Virus record (IMG/VR): IMGVR_UViG_3300045284_000107
Coordinates: 10,101 to 74,100 of that record
DNA length: 64,000 nt
Origin: a virus
Lineage: Duplodnaviria; Caudoviricetes
Strand: one strand, 5' to 3'
Within the stretch, counting starts at the first letter, position 1; each line of letters begins with the position of its first letter. Of the stretch, positions 26,960 through 36,847 are shown in pieces. A program made the position numbers and the translations under genes. Under the pieces are notes generated by a model, which saw only the letters and a list, made by a program, of their open reading frames with translations, ran no database searches and was not told the origin of the DNA.

Positions 26960-27912
26960 ATGGCGGTCTCAGGGGGTGGAATATACGGAAACCCGCCATA
27001 CCGCGCCCGATTTTGAAACGTATTGGTACAGGTGTTTAGCGTGTGGTCACATCCTGGGAAGACGTGAAAATAATCCGAACTTTCCACAACTGGGAAGATC
27101 CACGGTTTAAGAAAATACACCGTATTCCAGGGAGAGCCGGGAATAATTTTACCAATCGTTCGCGTAAACCCAGCGTTTAGACCCGTAAAGCCCTGAATTG
27201 TACCATTATCATACGACGTTGCAATCGCGGGGGTGAAAGTTGTCTTTATCGAATTTTGGTCCGATCCAACACCGCAGATAAATTCTGCCAGACCAATCCC
27301 GGTCGCAGTCCCTAACGCATTTAAACCATTTACCCGATCATATCCGCACATTCCAAATCCAGGCTCCCCAAACACATGGTTACATGCAGATTGGAACAGT
27401 CTTCGGGGCATTTGCACTGTTAGGAGGTCCAACAATGATTTGACCCGTATTGCAGTTTTTGTACGTCCTATATCTACATCTCCGACCCGACCATAAAACC
27501 AAGTAATTGTTCCCACCACATGTGGGGGAGAACCTGTCAAGAATGCGCGCAAAAGTTCACAATATGCCCCATCGAACAATCCGACAAAAAAGGCATTCTG
27601 CCAAGTGATTGTGCCCCCAGAATTGACGGCCAAGATATCCTCATCCCCGGCATACAGGTCAATGGATAATTCATCGACTTGGGGGCCGACCTCGACCTTG
27701 GATTTGGTCCGCGCAAACCTCGGCCCCAAAACAAACTCATAAGTCGGCGCGGTAGTATTGGGCAGGGGAGCTACCAATGGTGTTTGGAAACCTGAATAAT
27801 AAAACGTTTCGCCGGTTATGAGAGTGAATATGTATAGGTCAGCAATCATGACCCGTTGGGAGGTGGGCCAATTATCCAGAAAAGTCTTCAGCGCGGTTGA
27901 AGCCAAACGCAT
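26956..27912 (-). CDS. DUF2163 / BR0599-type tail hub protein
   Basis: GLFDGA, MPRRLFQSACNHVFG...C, PGCDHT...C...F.N...YGGFPYIP. Confidence 0.85.
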   Translation of the reverse strand: MRLASTALKTFLDNWPTSQRVMIADLYIFTLITGETFYYSGFQTPLVAPLPNTTAPTYEFVLGPRFARTKSKVEVGPQVDELSIDLYAGDEDILAVNSGGTITWQNAFFVGLFDGAYCELLRAFLTGSPPHVVGTITWFYGRVGDVDIGRTKTAIRVKSLLDLLTVQMPRRLFQSACNHVFGEPGFGMCGYDRVNGLNALGTATGIGLAEFICGVGSDQNSIKTTFTPAIATSYDNGTIQGFTGLNAGFTRTIGKIIPGSPWNTVYFLKPWIFPVVESSDYFHVFPGCDHTLNTCTNTFQNRARYGGFPYIPPPETAI

Positions 27913-27923
27913 CTTAGATCTCC

Positions 27924-28559
27924 CTAGTACAACACAGATGTAAGTTTTAGTTGCTTCATGGACCACAGTTGATACATGAAGTTTTCGGCCTCTAGATTGT
28001 CCGTGGCGAAGCGGACCTTGTAGCGGTAGGTTCCATCAAAAGTAATTGGTGTGCCACTACCGGGGGCGGTCCCATAAGTAATGACCCCCGTATCAAAGTT
28101 CGGCACCGACCCAGTAGGGGAAAATGTATAATCTATAGGAATAATTGGGGCGCGAATTGCACTACAAAGTTGGAAACTCTTTGTTGTACCGTCACCTACG
28201 GCGACAGTTATGGCCTGCGCCACAGCCGGATCGGCCCGCGTAGTATTATCCGTAGGATCATAAAACTGAAACGGAATACTTGCTCCACATTGTTGATTGA
28301 AGAAGTTCCAAATCTGTCGCAATTCATCCCTGGGGGTAGTCACGTCCGCATAGGCATGGCCGCGCAATGGGCCATCTCGTATATCCCACCGATCTCTTAA
28401 AACCTCATACGTTAATGTAAAGGTATAAATAGGTAATATATAATCATTTACGCGCAGTTCGCGGCCACTTACGGCCCTCTGCATTCGGGTGGCCCAGTTG
28501 GGGCTTTTCATTACGGACCATCCCAACGTGATAGTATTAGGAAAGACATTTAGTGCCAT
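27924..28559 (-). CDS. DUF2460 distal tail protein (GTA-type)
   Basis: W.T.MQRAVSGRELR, FQFYDPTD, GDGTTKSFQL, YKVRFATD. Confidence 0.85.
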   Translation of the reverse strand: MALNVFPNTITLGWSVMKSPNWATRMQRAVSGRELRVNDYILPIYTFTLTYEVLRDRWDIRDGPLRGHAYADVTTPRDELRQIWNFFNQQCGASIPFQFYDPTDNTTRADPAVAQAITVAVGDGTTKSFQLCSAIRAPIIPIDYTFSPTGSVPNFDTGVITYGTAPGSGTPITFDGTYRYKVRFATDNLEAENFMYQLWSMKQLKLTSVLY

Positions 28560-28564
28560 CGCCC

Positions 28565-31500
28565 TTATCCTGGCAAATTGGGGTTGAAGTTACGATAAGC
28601 GTTCCGGTACAGGCCCGCGATAGTATCCCTGTGGTTCATTAGAAATTGGGCACCAGATCGTTGATCTATGGCATTTATGTGGAAGTTGATTGGGGGCGGC
28701 GGCATCCCGGCAGGGCCACCACCATTAGCCCCATCTTGTACCGCCTCCGACAAATGCTTTGGAAGAACCATTTCCCCAGGGTGCAAGATTGACAATGTAC
28801 CCCCTCTTGACAGGTTTGCTCCGCCGCCCATAATCATTCCCCCCTCTGCCGAGGGAATTATCCCACCCTGTTCCAACATAAAGATTGGAAGTATTTTTCC
28901 TATGGTGCCAAAAATGCTACCGGCCGTATCTAAAAGTCCTCCACCACCACCCCCACCGCTATCACTTTTATTATCCCCAAACATACTAAAGATAGATTTC
29001 AATCCACCAAAAGCCCCACTAATCGTAGACATTGAGGTGGATAGTTTGGCAACTCCATTTTCAGATGATCCAGTGGTACGGGCCATTGACCCCAACGCAC
29101 CCGTAACCTTTGTTACGTCTGTAGCCAGATCACCCATTTTGGTACTAACATTACTGACATTTTCGGTCAGTTGGCGTACTGCTGTGTTTGTACCTATTGC
29201 ACCGCCGGCAACCGGACTATAAGTCGGAGAACCTGGAGTAATTTCTGAGACCACTCCGCCTTCTGCATATCCTCTCGGTAGAACAACTTCTCCACCTTGC
29301 AAAAATGCAGCCATATCATGTGGAACCTGTCCACCTCCATGGAACTTAGGTAGGATCTTTTCCCACCACGACTTGGACGGCTCATCCTTATCGCCAATTG
29401 TTTTGCCTGTGTATGGATTTATATTTGCCGCTTTGTCCTTGTATTTGTCCAATTGTTCTTGGGTCAGCGGAGTAGTAATTTGGGTTACATCTTCGGCCCC
29501 AAAATCTTTAGTATCTAATAGTTTTTTGGCCAAGGCCTTGTCTTTGTCTTTTTCGCCAAACAGGGATGCAATTCCTCCCGCTACAGCCAAACCTCCCAAT
29601 AAGGCAAGCCAGAACCATCCCTTTCCCAGACCCGGATTGGTCTGTACCAAATGATACGGGGCAAAGCCGCGACTTTCATTTGTAAGAGATGTGAGGCCTG
29701 GATGGGACGCTACAATGCCTCCATCGGCAAACTTAGGCATTGATCCAGATGGAAACAACTGGGCCATTGGATCAAGGTCTCGGAATTTTAATGCTTCACG
29801 AAGGGTAAGCCCTTCATGATGCTGCATTCCATTTCGACCCATAGATACAACATCAAACTTCTCACCTCTAAGTACACTTTCCCGCGCTATACTTGCCTCT
29901 GCGGGCTTTCCTGCAAATTCCCGCCCTCCACTTACCCTAAACCCATATAAATCTGTAGTTTCCCCCGTCATCTGAAACATACGTCTGAATGTATCACGGA
30001 TAAATTGGCCACCAAGTGCTCCGCGGCCATACCCTGCCGCAAATGTTTGACCTGGAAGTTCTGGATTGACCGAGGGCAAGGGCGAACTTGCCAATCCAAT
30101 ATGTATACCTCTAAATTTCTCGCTTGATTTGCGATATAAATCGCCTTCCATTACGGGCTTTCTTTCGCCCTCGGCAAAGGCCCCAAATTCCATATGCCGA
30201 TATTCTATACCACGAACAGTCTGGCTTTCTGGATTTATAAACTTTAGTTTTTGGAATTTCAGGGCACCACTTTCATCTGCCAACATAGATGGAACGGCGG
30301 CGGCCATTTCCCGAGCAATTGGCACTCCCGCTCGTATCGCCCCAATACCCGCCCGCGCAACAGGAAATAAAGTAGAGACGCCAGTTGCAGCTCCGACTAC
30401 GCCCTGACCAAACGCCTGTAGATATTCCCCCCTACGGGCGGCCAATATTGATTGCTCAATATCTGTATAGCCAATTAGAGATTTGCCAATATCTTTCAAT
30501 GACGGAACAGGTTCGGGTTTGTATTTTAAAAATTCCCCTTCCAAATTTTGCTTATAAATTTCCTCAACAAGTCCGCCATCGGCAAATCTTTGACCCCGTT
30601 CTGCCAAAATCCTCCTATAACGCTTCATTTCGTTAAGTTCGGCTTCTGTACCTCCCATACTGTAATGACCAGCATCAGGGGTACCAAACGTGCTACCAAT
30701 GGCTATAGACTGGCCGGGATAATACCTATCGCGGGCCTTAAGCATTTCTTCGTCTAGTTTACGATATAAAGGACCGCCTCTCCCCATCATTCCAGGAACA
30801 AGGTTTCCCTTCGCGTCAAAAATCCCAACATCAAATGCCCGGCCCATACCATGTTCGGAAGGTTCACCAGTTCCTTTAACGGTAGACCCAGGTCTATTAG
30901 CCGAGGTTATTTTAGTTGAAAACCCTCTGGGCAGATTTTCATTAGCACTATCCATCAAGAAGTGAAGTTTTAGAAGTTCGGGGGTATCATATGTCATACC
31001 TCCTATTGTAAGATTTTCGCCCCCTGCAATTCCGCCCTCTTGATGGCGTTCAATCCCTGACGGGAACATACGATCGTATTTGGCCCGCTGATTGCGGGTC
31101 AGAACCCGTTCCCCTGGAGTAAGCCACGCCAATACAGTATCTGTACCTACAGGACCGCCAAGTGCATATGCAGGTGTAGGCACACTTGTAGGAGCAGGCG
31201 GACTTGCCGTAGGTCCGGCTCCAGGAGCCTTAATCGCCGCCAAAGCACTTGCAGCTGTGGATGCGGCACTTCCAAGTCTTCTTAGTTCATTTTGGGCGGC
31301 TTCAGCACCACCTATACTATAATGTCCCGCATCCGGCTTATCACTAAATGTACTTCCTACTGCCAATGGCTGGCCGGGATATAACTTGTCCCTGGCCTTT
31401 ATCATTTCTTCGTCCAGTTTACGATACATGGGACCACCACGACCCATGTACCCTGGAACTCGTTTCCCTTCTGGATCTAGAACTTCAACGTCCGCGGCCC

Positions 31501-34500
31501 GCGCGAAACCATGTTCAGAGGGTGTACCTTTCCAAGTAGTAGCCCCAGGTCTTACATCATTAGTTATCCGTGCCGTGTATCCGGCTGGCAAATTTTTATT
31601 TGCCTCGGCCAACATGGCATTAAGTTTTTGCAATTCAGGAGTATTGGTCGGGACACTTGATGTAGGACCGCCCGGCACAGTGGTACTTGGAACTGCCCCA
31701 CCTTTTAATTTGTCGGCGGCCTCCTTTAATCTGTCTCCTGCCTCTTTTAATCCATCAGCTGCGGGCTTTATAAGTTTCGTGGCCTCGTTTTGGGCGTCGG
31801 CGGCTTTTTGTATTTTTTCGGCCGCCCCCTGCATTGCGTCCTTGGGGGTATCCTTGGTCAGACCAAGCATATTCCCAAGTGCCCGACTTAGAACCGTTCC
31901 AAGTCCGGTATCTGCCAATCCCTCAGTCTTGACCCCCAACATTGGGGCCAATTTACTGCCTAGATACTGTGACCCTAAACTAAAGGTCTCTTTTACCAAC
32001 GCTCCAGTAATTGATTTGCGGAGATCCTGTAATGTATTGGTTCCGGCCTCGCCAGTCAAAAGGCCCGTTAGGGACTTCTCAAGTCCTGACCCCACTTCAT
32101 CAAACGCACCTTTTAATAATTTGGCGCGCTTTTCATTTTCTTTTTCTATAGCCTCGCTTACGCGGGCCTGGGCGGCGATTTGTAGTTCCGCATCCTTCTC
32201 ATACAATTCGGCCAAATGCGAGAACAGTTTCTCTTTTTGTTGATCTGTGAGTCCACTAATTCTGGTCTGGGCTTCAATTCGTTTTTCTTCCTCCTCCATT
32301 ACTTTAGATGAGAACGCGGCCTCTTTAGTGGCCATCGTCTCCTTGGACATACTATGGTCCGCAACCTGAGCCTGAAGTCTATACTTCTCCTGTTGCATCC
32401 TGATCCGGTCAAGACGCTCTTGGGACGAATTAAACCTATCTAATTCACTAAACCTTCTATTTTGTTCTTCAGATAAGGCATTTACAATATCTGTTTGGGC
32501 ATTGATTTTTTGGGCGGGGGTGGCGTATTTGTCCCCAGCCGTAATTTGGGCTTCTTGAATACGTAAACGTACTATTTCCTCTAAATCGCCACGACTTTTG
32601 GCAATTGCTTCACTTAGTTTTAGTTGGGCAATTTGAGTATTTTTGGTGTCCTCTACGATACGTTTTTGGGCCTCTGCGATTTGAGCATCATAGCCAGCAC
32701 TTTGCCGCTGGTACTCAACCCCAACCCGCCATAGATCCCACCAAATCTTAGTCTTTACTGTAATGTCTGCATTTGTCTTATCAGCATCTTGCATTGCCTT
32801 GTTGAAGGCTTCGGCTTCGGCCCTCAATTGCATCATTGCAAGGGCGCGTTCTTGTTCTATAGCCGCAGGGGCCGCCGCAAGCCCCGCATGACCCATATCT
32901 CTAAGTTTGGCCTTGTTTTGCAGTTCAAAGGCCGAAAGAATATCCCTATTGGCCTGTTTTAAATCATTTGCCGACGATACTGCCGCTTCGACTACAGTTC
33001 TGTATGCTAGGATTCCCGCGCGCTCTATGTCCTCCATTGCGCGGAGGAAATCTACACTCCCCGCCTTGAAATGGGCGGCGGCATTCGCGCGCCATTCTGC
33101 AATGATCGCAGTTATAGCATCATAAGAACCCTTGCCGGTTCTGATTTGGTTTTCATAACCTTTTGCAGCTTCGGCGTATTCTTCTCGATTTGCTTCTCGG
33201 GCAAACGCAGTCTGGGCACGTTTAGCCGTTTCAACCTGTACCTGTGTCGCCTGACCTTTTTTAAGTTGTTGCTCAGTCAATGAGACTATTTCGGCCTGTA
33301 GGGCAATCTTTTCTTTTGAACCATGCGCCTCGGCGGCAATCCGTTCCTGTATCCCTGCAATGGTAATTGCGGTTTCCTCGTTTTGGATCCGCCGCATTAC
33401 CTCTTTTATTTCATTGTTGGCTTTTATTGCAGCCTCAGACTCTTGTGCCATTTCGGCGGCACGTTCGGGGTCCATACCTCCCCCGACCAACCTTTGAGTC
33501 TCTGTTCTTTGTTGTTCGCGTGCAACATTTATTGCAGCCGCTAATTGGGCCTGTAAATCTACATGTCTTGCTTGGGCTTCGGCATGGATATGTCCTAGAG
33601 CAAGTCTATGCCGCCTTTCCTCGGCAGGATCTTGTGGCATTGACCGGACTTCAGCTTCAAGAGTTCCAGCCGCGCTACGCGCCCGTTCTTCTGCGGGAGT
33701 ACCCTTTAATCTTTCCGCCGCCGATTGGGCGGCAGTCATCATGTTTACAAGTACAATCCGCTTATTTAAGGCATCATTGCCTGCGACTATAGCAAGGCCT
33801 TGGGCCTTTATGTCCTCTGTTAATCTCTGTGTAGCTTCACTATCCCCTTTTAAGGGGTCCATATATTTTTCGAATGTTTTTGCCAGTTCCTCCGCAAGAG
33901 GATTAAAGGTAGAAAATTCACTACCCGCGGCTCCAGCCCCAAATGCGAGCCAGAACATATCATTACCGGCAGTTCGCCCCGCCGTTCCCAACTCTTTTAA
34001 TTTGGGGTCAATAAGATAGGGGGCAAGAAGTCTAAACGCTTCCTCGTCGGTCTTTGCGATCTTTGCTAGTTCTACAAGGGACCGTCCAGAACTATCCACC
34101 ACCCCTTCGAGGCCGCGGAATTTAGTTATAAATTCGGCTAGTGAAACTGCGCCACCTTTGGCAGCGTTTACAAATGGCTCAATAGCCTTTGTAGGTTCAA
34201 CCCGTTGTAGGCCTGCATATCCCTTAGCCGCCTCGTCAAAACTCTGTCGTATTGCATGAGCCGCCGGAGGAAGTTTATCTAATTCAGATAATAACTCCTT
34301 TGTTGTTCCAGCGTACTCATTAGTTGATCTTTTGCTACGGTCAAATTCTGCCTCAGCCCCTGCACGTTGTTGAGGTCCAAATCCAAACCCCTGTATTGCT
34401 CCTGTTGTTTCTGTTTCACGAACCGATTTAAACCGCTGATATGCCTGTTCGAGAGCATAAACGACCACTGCAATTGCGGCCACTGCCGCTGCGGCATAAA

Positions 34501-35716
34501 CCCCCCACACCCCAGTCAATTTAGTCAGTGTATTTTCTAATATACCACTGTCGCGGGCCAGAGCGGTAAATGAGGCCACAACTTGGCCGCGCTGACCGCG
34601 CATCAGACCATCAAAGATGGCAGTCGTGTGCTGAAGACTACGACCCAGATTAAAGGACGCCCCAGTAGCGGCGTCCAATTCTTCCGTCATCCCGTGTCCA
34701 GTTACAGGATGAACTTTTAATTGACCAGCGTCATCTCGGACAAATTTAACCTGTGTCCGCGCCGCCATTTGTTCTTGGAATTTAAACTGCTCCTTGGCAA
34801 GTTTATCTTGCTCCGCGCCATACCGTTTTAAGTCGGCGACCATTTGGTCTGTGGCACGTTTCCGGGCAGCAGCCTCTGCCTCTATTTGGCGCTGTCTATC
34901 TGCAAGATTGACCTGGGCGGCCATCTGCTGTTGAAACTTAAATTGCTCTGCATTGAGTTTTTCTTGTTCGGTTTTGGCGCGCTGAATTTCTTGTATGTGC
35001 TGGGCGAGATTAGACTTGGGGGCGATCTGCGAGGCAAATTTGGCCTGTTCGCGATTTAGGCGTTCTTGTTCTTGGGTCGCCCGGCGAACATTTTCTACAT
35101 GTTCGGCTATGTTGGACTGAGGAGCCAACAATTGAATGAATTTGCTTTGTTCTTCATTAAGTCTTTGCTGGGCAACTATAGCATTGCGGACATCATCTGC
35201 ATGTTGTTTGACGTTAGATTGGGGAGAGATTTGGGAGGCAAACTTTTGGCGGGCCTGTCCCGCTTTTTCTTCTTCTTGGCCCAACCGGCGCATTTCATCA
35301 GATTGGGCCTTTAAAACGGCCAATCGTGTTGACAGTTGGGCGCTAGACTCTGATCCGTACTGACTTGCTGTACTTCCCAATTGGCGCATTATATCCAATT
35401 GGTTTTGTAATTCTGCCCCTGCCGCTTTAAGGGTCGATGAATTTACATTATTATAAAATACCTTCGCCTGTTCGGCTAAAGTCTCAAATGCAGAAGCGGT
35501 GGCGGCGACTTGGGCCTTTAATTCCTGTAAACTCTGCGTAGCGGCGTCAATGTCGGTCTGAATAACGCGCGTGGCTTGTTGGATCGCCCCAAGTCCAAGA
35601 CCACTTTGCCCAACCTGTTGTAATTGTTTTTGTAGTTCTTTTAGGCGAGTTTCAATGGCAGTGATCTGGGCACTGGCATCATCGTTAGCGCGGATATTAA
35701 ATGAAAAGTCGGCCAT
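28565..35716 (-). CDS. Tape measure protein with two M15-like peptidase modules
   Basis: 2383 aa, helical and Ala-rich, directly upstream of the distal tail gene; repeated FAxGG motifs; C-terminal NFHINAID. Confidence 0.9.
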   Translation of the reverse strand: MADFSFNIRANDDASAQITAIETRLKELQKQLQQVGQSGLGLGAIQQATRVIQTDIDAATQSLQELKAQVAATASAFETLAEQAKVFYNNVNSSTLKAAGAELQNQLDIMRQLGSTASQYGSESSAQLSTRLAVLKAQSDEMRRLGQEEEKAGQARQKFASQISPQSNVKQHADDVRNAIVAQQRLNEEQSKFIQLLAPQSNIAEHVENVRRATQEQERLNREQAKFASQIAPKSNLAQHIQEIQRAKTEQEKLNAEQFKFQQQMAAQVNLADRQRQIEAEAAARKRATDQMVADLKRYGAEQDKLAKEQFKFQEQMAARTQVKFVRDDAGQLKVHPVTGHGMTEELDAATGASFNLGRSLQHTTAIFDGLMRGQRGQVVASFTALARDSGILENTLTKLTGVWGVYAAAAVAAIAVVVYALEQAYQRFKSVRETETTGAIQGFGFGPQQRAGAEAEFDRSKRSTNEYAGTTKELLSELDKLPPAAHAIRQSFDEAAKGYAGLQRVEPTKAIEPFVNAAKGGAVSLAEFITKFRGLEGVVDSSGRSLVELAKIAKTDEEAFRLLAPYLIDPKLKELGTAGRTAGNDMFWLAFGAGAAGSEFSTFNPLAEELAKTFEKYMDPLKGDSEATQRLTEDIKAQGLAIVAGNDALNKRIVLVNMMTAAQSAAERLKGTPAEERARSAAGTLEAEVRSMPQDPAEERRHRLALGHIHAEAQARHVDLQAQLAAAINVAREQQRTETQRLVGGGMDPERAAEMAQESEAAIKANNEIKEVMRRIQNEETAITIAGIQERIAAEAHGSKEKIALQAEIVSLTEQQLKKGQATQVQVETAKRAQTAFAREANREEYAEAAKGYENQIRTGKGSYDAITAIIAEWRANAAAHFKAGSVDFLRAMEDIERAGILAYRTVVEAAVSSANDLKQANRDILSAFELQNKAKLRDMGHAGLAAAPAAIEQERALAMMQLRAEAEAFNKAMQDADKTNADITVKTKIWWDLWRVGVEYQRQSAGYDAQIAEAQKRIVEDTKNTQIAQLKLSEAIAKSRGDLEEIVRLRIQEAQITAGDKYATPAQKINAQTDIVNALSEEQNRRFSELDRFNSSQERLDRIRMQQEKYRLQAQVADHSMSKETMATKEAAFSSKVMEEEEKRIEAQTRISGLTDQQKEKLFSHLAELYEKDAELQIAAQARVSEAIEKENEKRAKLLKGAFDEVGSGLEKSLTGLLTGEAGTNTLQDLRKSITGALVKETFSLGSQYLGSKLAPMLGVKTEGLADTGLGTVLSRALGNMLGLTKDTPKDAMQGAAEKIQKAADAQNEATKLIKPAADGLKEAGDRLKEAADKLKGGAVPSTTVPGGPTSSVPTNTPELQKLNAMLAEANKNLPAGYTARITNDVRPGATTWKGTPSEHGFARAADVEVLDPEGKRVPGYMGRGGPMYRKLDEEMIKARDKLYPGQPLAVGSTFSDKPDAGHYSIGGAEAAQNELRRLGSAASTAASALAAIKAPGAGPTASPPAPTSVPTPAYALGGPVGTDTVLAWLTPGERVLTRNQRAKYDRMFPSGIERHQEGGIAGGENLTIGGMTYDTPELLKLHFLMDSANENLPRGFSTKITSANRPGSTVKGTGEPSEHGMGRAFDVGIFDAKGNLVPGMMGRGGPLYRKLDEEMLKARDRYYPGQSIAIGSTFGTPDAGHYSMGGTEAELNEMKRYRRILAERGQRFADGGLVEEIYKQNLEGEFLKYKPEPVPSLKDIGKSLIGYTDIEQSILAARRGEYLQAFGQGVVGAATGVSTLFPVARAGIGAIRAGVPIAREMAAAVPSMLADESGALKFQKLKFINPESQTVRGIEYRHMEFGAFAEGERKPVMEGDLYRKSSEKFRGIHIGLASSPLPSVNPELPGQTFAAGYGRGALGGQFIRDTFRRMFQMTGETTDLYGFRVSGGREFAGKPAEASIARESVLRGEKFDVVSMGRNGMQHHEGLTLREALKFRDLDPMAQLFPSGSMPKFADGGIVASHPGLTSLTNESRGFAPYHLVQTNPGLGKGWFWLALLGGLAVAGGIASLFGEKDKDKALAKKLLDTKDFGAEDVTQITTPLTQEQLDKYKDKAANINPYTGKTIGDKDEPSKSWWEKILPKFHGGGQVPHDMAAFLQGGEVVLPRGYAEGGVVSEITPGSPTYSPVAGGAIGTNTAVRQLTENVSNVSTKMGDLATDVTKVTGALGSMARTTGSSENGVAKLSTSMSTISGAFGGLKSIFSMFGDNKSDSGGGGGGGLLDTAGSIFGTIGKILPIFMLEQGGIIPSAEGGMIMGGGANLSRGGTLSILHPGEMVLPKHLSEAVQDGANGGGPAGMPPPPINFHINAIDQRSGAQFLMNHRDTIAGLYRNAYRNFNPNLPG
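30620..31600 (-). repeat. Duplicated ~105-aa peptidase-like module inside the TMP
   Basis: SEHGFARAADV...DAGHYSIGG (about 31280-31600) and SEHGMGRAFDV...DAGHYSMGG (about 30620-30940). Confidence 0.85.
34760..35270 (-). repeat. About four 33-aa repeats in the TMP N-terminus
   Basis: KFASQISPQSNVKQH / KFIQLLAPQSNIAEH / KFASQIAPKSNLAQH / KFQQQMAAQVNLADR. Confidence 0.75.
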
Positions 35717-35731
35717 CGAACTGACCTCTAC

Positions 35732-36160
35732 TTACAGGGTCTCGATTAGGGCGTCGTAGAGTTGGTCTTCAATCCAGGGCTTTAACTGGGCCATTCGTTG
35801 GGCCAAGATGTCAGAACCTTTGAGATACGGATGTCGCACATACCGTGTCCGCACTAGATCACCTGATTTGGCAACAAACCTCAACATTCTGGCCTTTACA
35901 GGTACGATTGGATAAAATCCGGTCTTGTCCTGGGATTCTATATATCCAATTAATGTAGTCCCTTGTTGCGTGACCCCCGAATGAATAGTGCCCGGATCAA
36001 GATATTTCGCCGGTAATGTGTGAAACAAATCCTCATGAATAGTAGTAACAATGTTGTATAATTTATTGGTTAGGGCATCCTGTATCTTTTTGGGCAGGCC
36101 CTTAAGTGCCACCAGTACCTCATCGCCCTGTACTGTGATGTCAATTAAGGAGCCTGCCAT
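35732..36160 (-). CDS. HK97 gp10-like neck / tail-completion protein
   Basis: IDITVQGDE...; YPIVPVKARMLRF...VRHP motif. Confidence 0.55.
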   Translation of the reverse strand: MAGSLIDITVQGDEVLVALKGLPKKIQDALTNKLYNIVTTIHEDLFHTLPAKYLDPGTIHSGVTQQGTTLIGYIESQDKTGFYPIVPVKARMLRFVAKSGDLVRTRYVRHPYLKGSDILAQRMAQLKPWIEDQLYDALIETL

Positions 36161-36442
36161 TTAATTTCCCCTCACAACCAAATCCACATTGCCGAATTGG
36201 TTTATAGTTTCAAGCATACGTCGGGTGTTGTTGATGTTTTCTTGGTGTTTGGTTTCGTGGGTTTGATAGCCTAAATACGCGGCTACTAACCAACCGACTG
36301 GAGGATTTTTAGCCCAAGCCCTTTGTAATAACTTACACCACTTTAAGGTGTACGTTCGTCCAATGGCTATGGGATCTCCGCCGCAGACTCCGTTGGCTGC
36401 GAGTTCGGCGATGAGTCCGCAGATGTCCCAGTCCCATTTTCC
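36161..36442 (-). CDS. -1 frame extension of the tail assembly chaperone (gpGT-like)
   Basis: Open -1 frame without its own start: GKWDWDICGLIAELAANG...TLKWCKLLQRAWAKNPPVGWLVAAYLGY; stop abuts the next gene. Confidence 0.75.
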   Translation of the reverse strand, partial: GKWDWDICGLIAELAANGVCGGDPIAIGRTYTLKWCKLLQRAWAKNPPVGWLVAAYLGYQTHETKHQENINNTRRMLETINQFGNVDLVVRGN

Positions 36443-36831
36443 GGGTTCTCCGCCGTTTCGCTCACCGCCTCCACTTCCGGGTTTGTATTGCCCTCAAACC
36501 CCGAAATATCCAGCAGTTCGTTCATTCGGCCCGGCAATTCCCGCATTTCCTTTAGGGAACATGCCTTCAAGAACTCATCTTCTGTGACGGTCATCTCAGG
36601 ATGGGAGTCCTTCAATGCTATGTACATGATGTGGATCACATTCACGGCATAGGAAATCCAATCCAAGTCAGGCCCAAGAGTAAGCAACTGACTTTTTACC
36701 TTGTCCATTACAAAGAGGTTGAGGGCCGGAACTTCTATGTCCTGGCCCCCAATAACAAATTTGGTAGTTTCGTGGGAGGTGGTCAGGCGCGGACCCAACC
36801 ACTGTGCCCCATTTCCATTTGACATGGCCAT
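36367..36831 (-). CDS. Tail assembly chaperone (gpG-like)
   Basis: Immediately downstream of the tail tube gene; acidic tail; candidate slip sites GGAAAAT (36436-36442) and AAACCCG (36478-36484). Confidence 0.75.
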   Translation of the reverse strand: MAMSNGNGAQWLGPRLTTSHETTKFVIGGQDIEVPALNLFVMDKVKSQLLTLGPDLDWISYAVNVIHIMYIALKDSHPEMTVTEDEFLKACSLKEMRELPGRMNELLDISGFEGNTNPEVEAVSETAENPENGTGTSADSSPNSQPTESAAEIP

Positions 36832-36847
36832 GATAGAACGTCCTATT

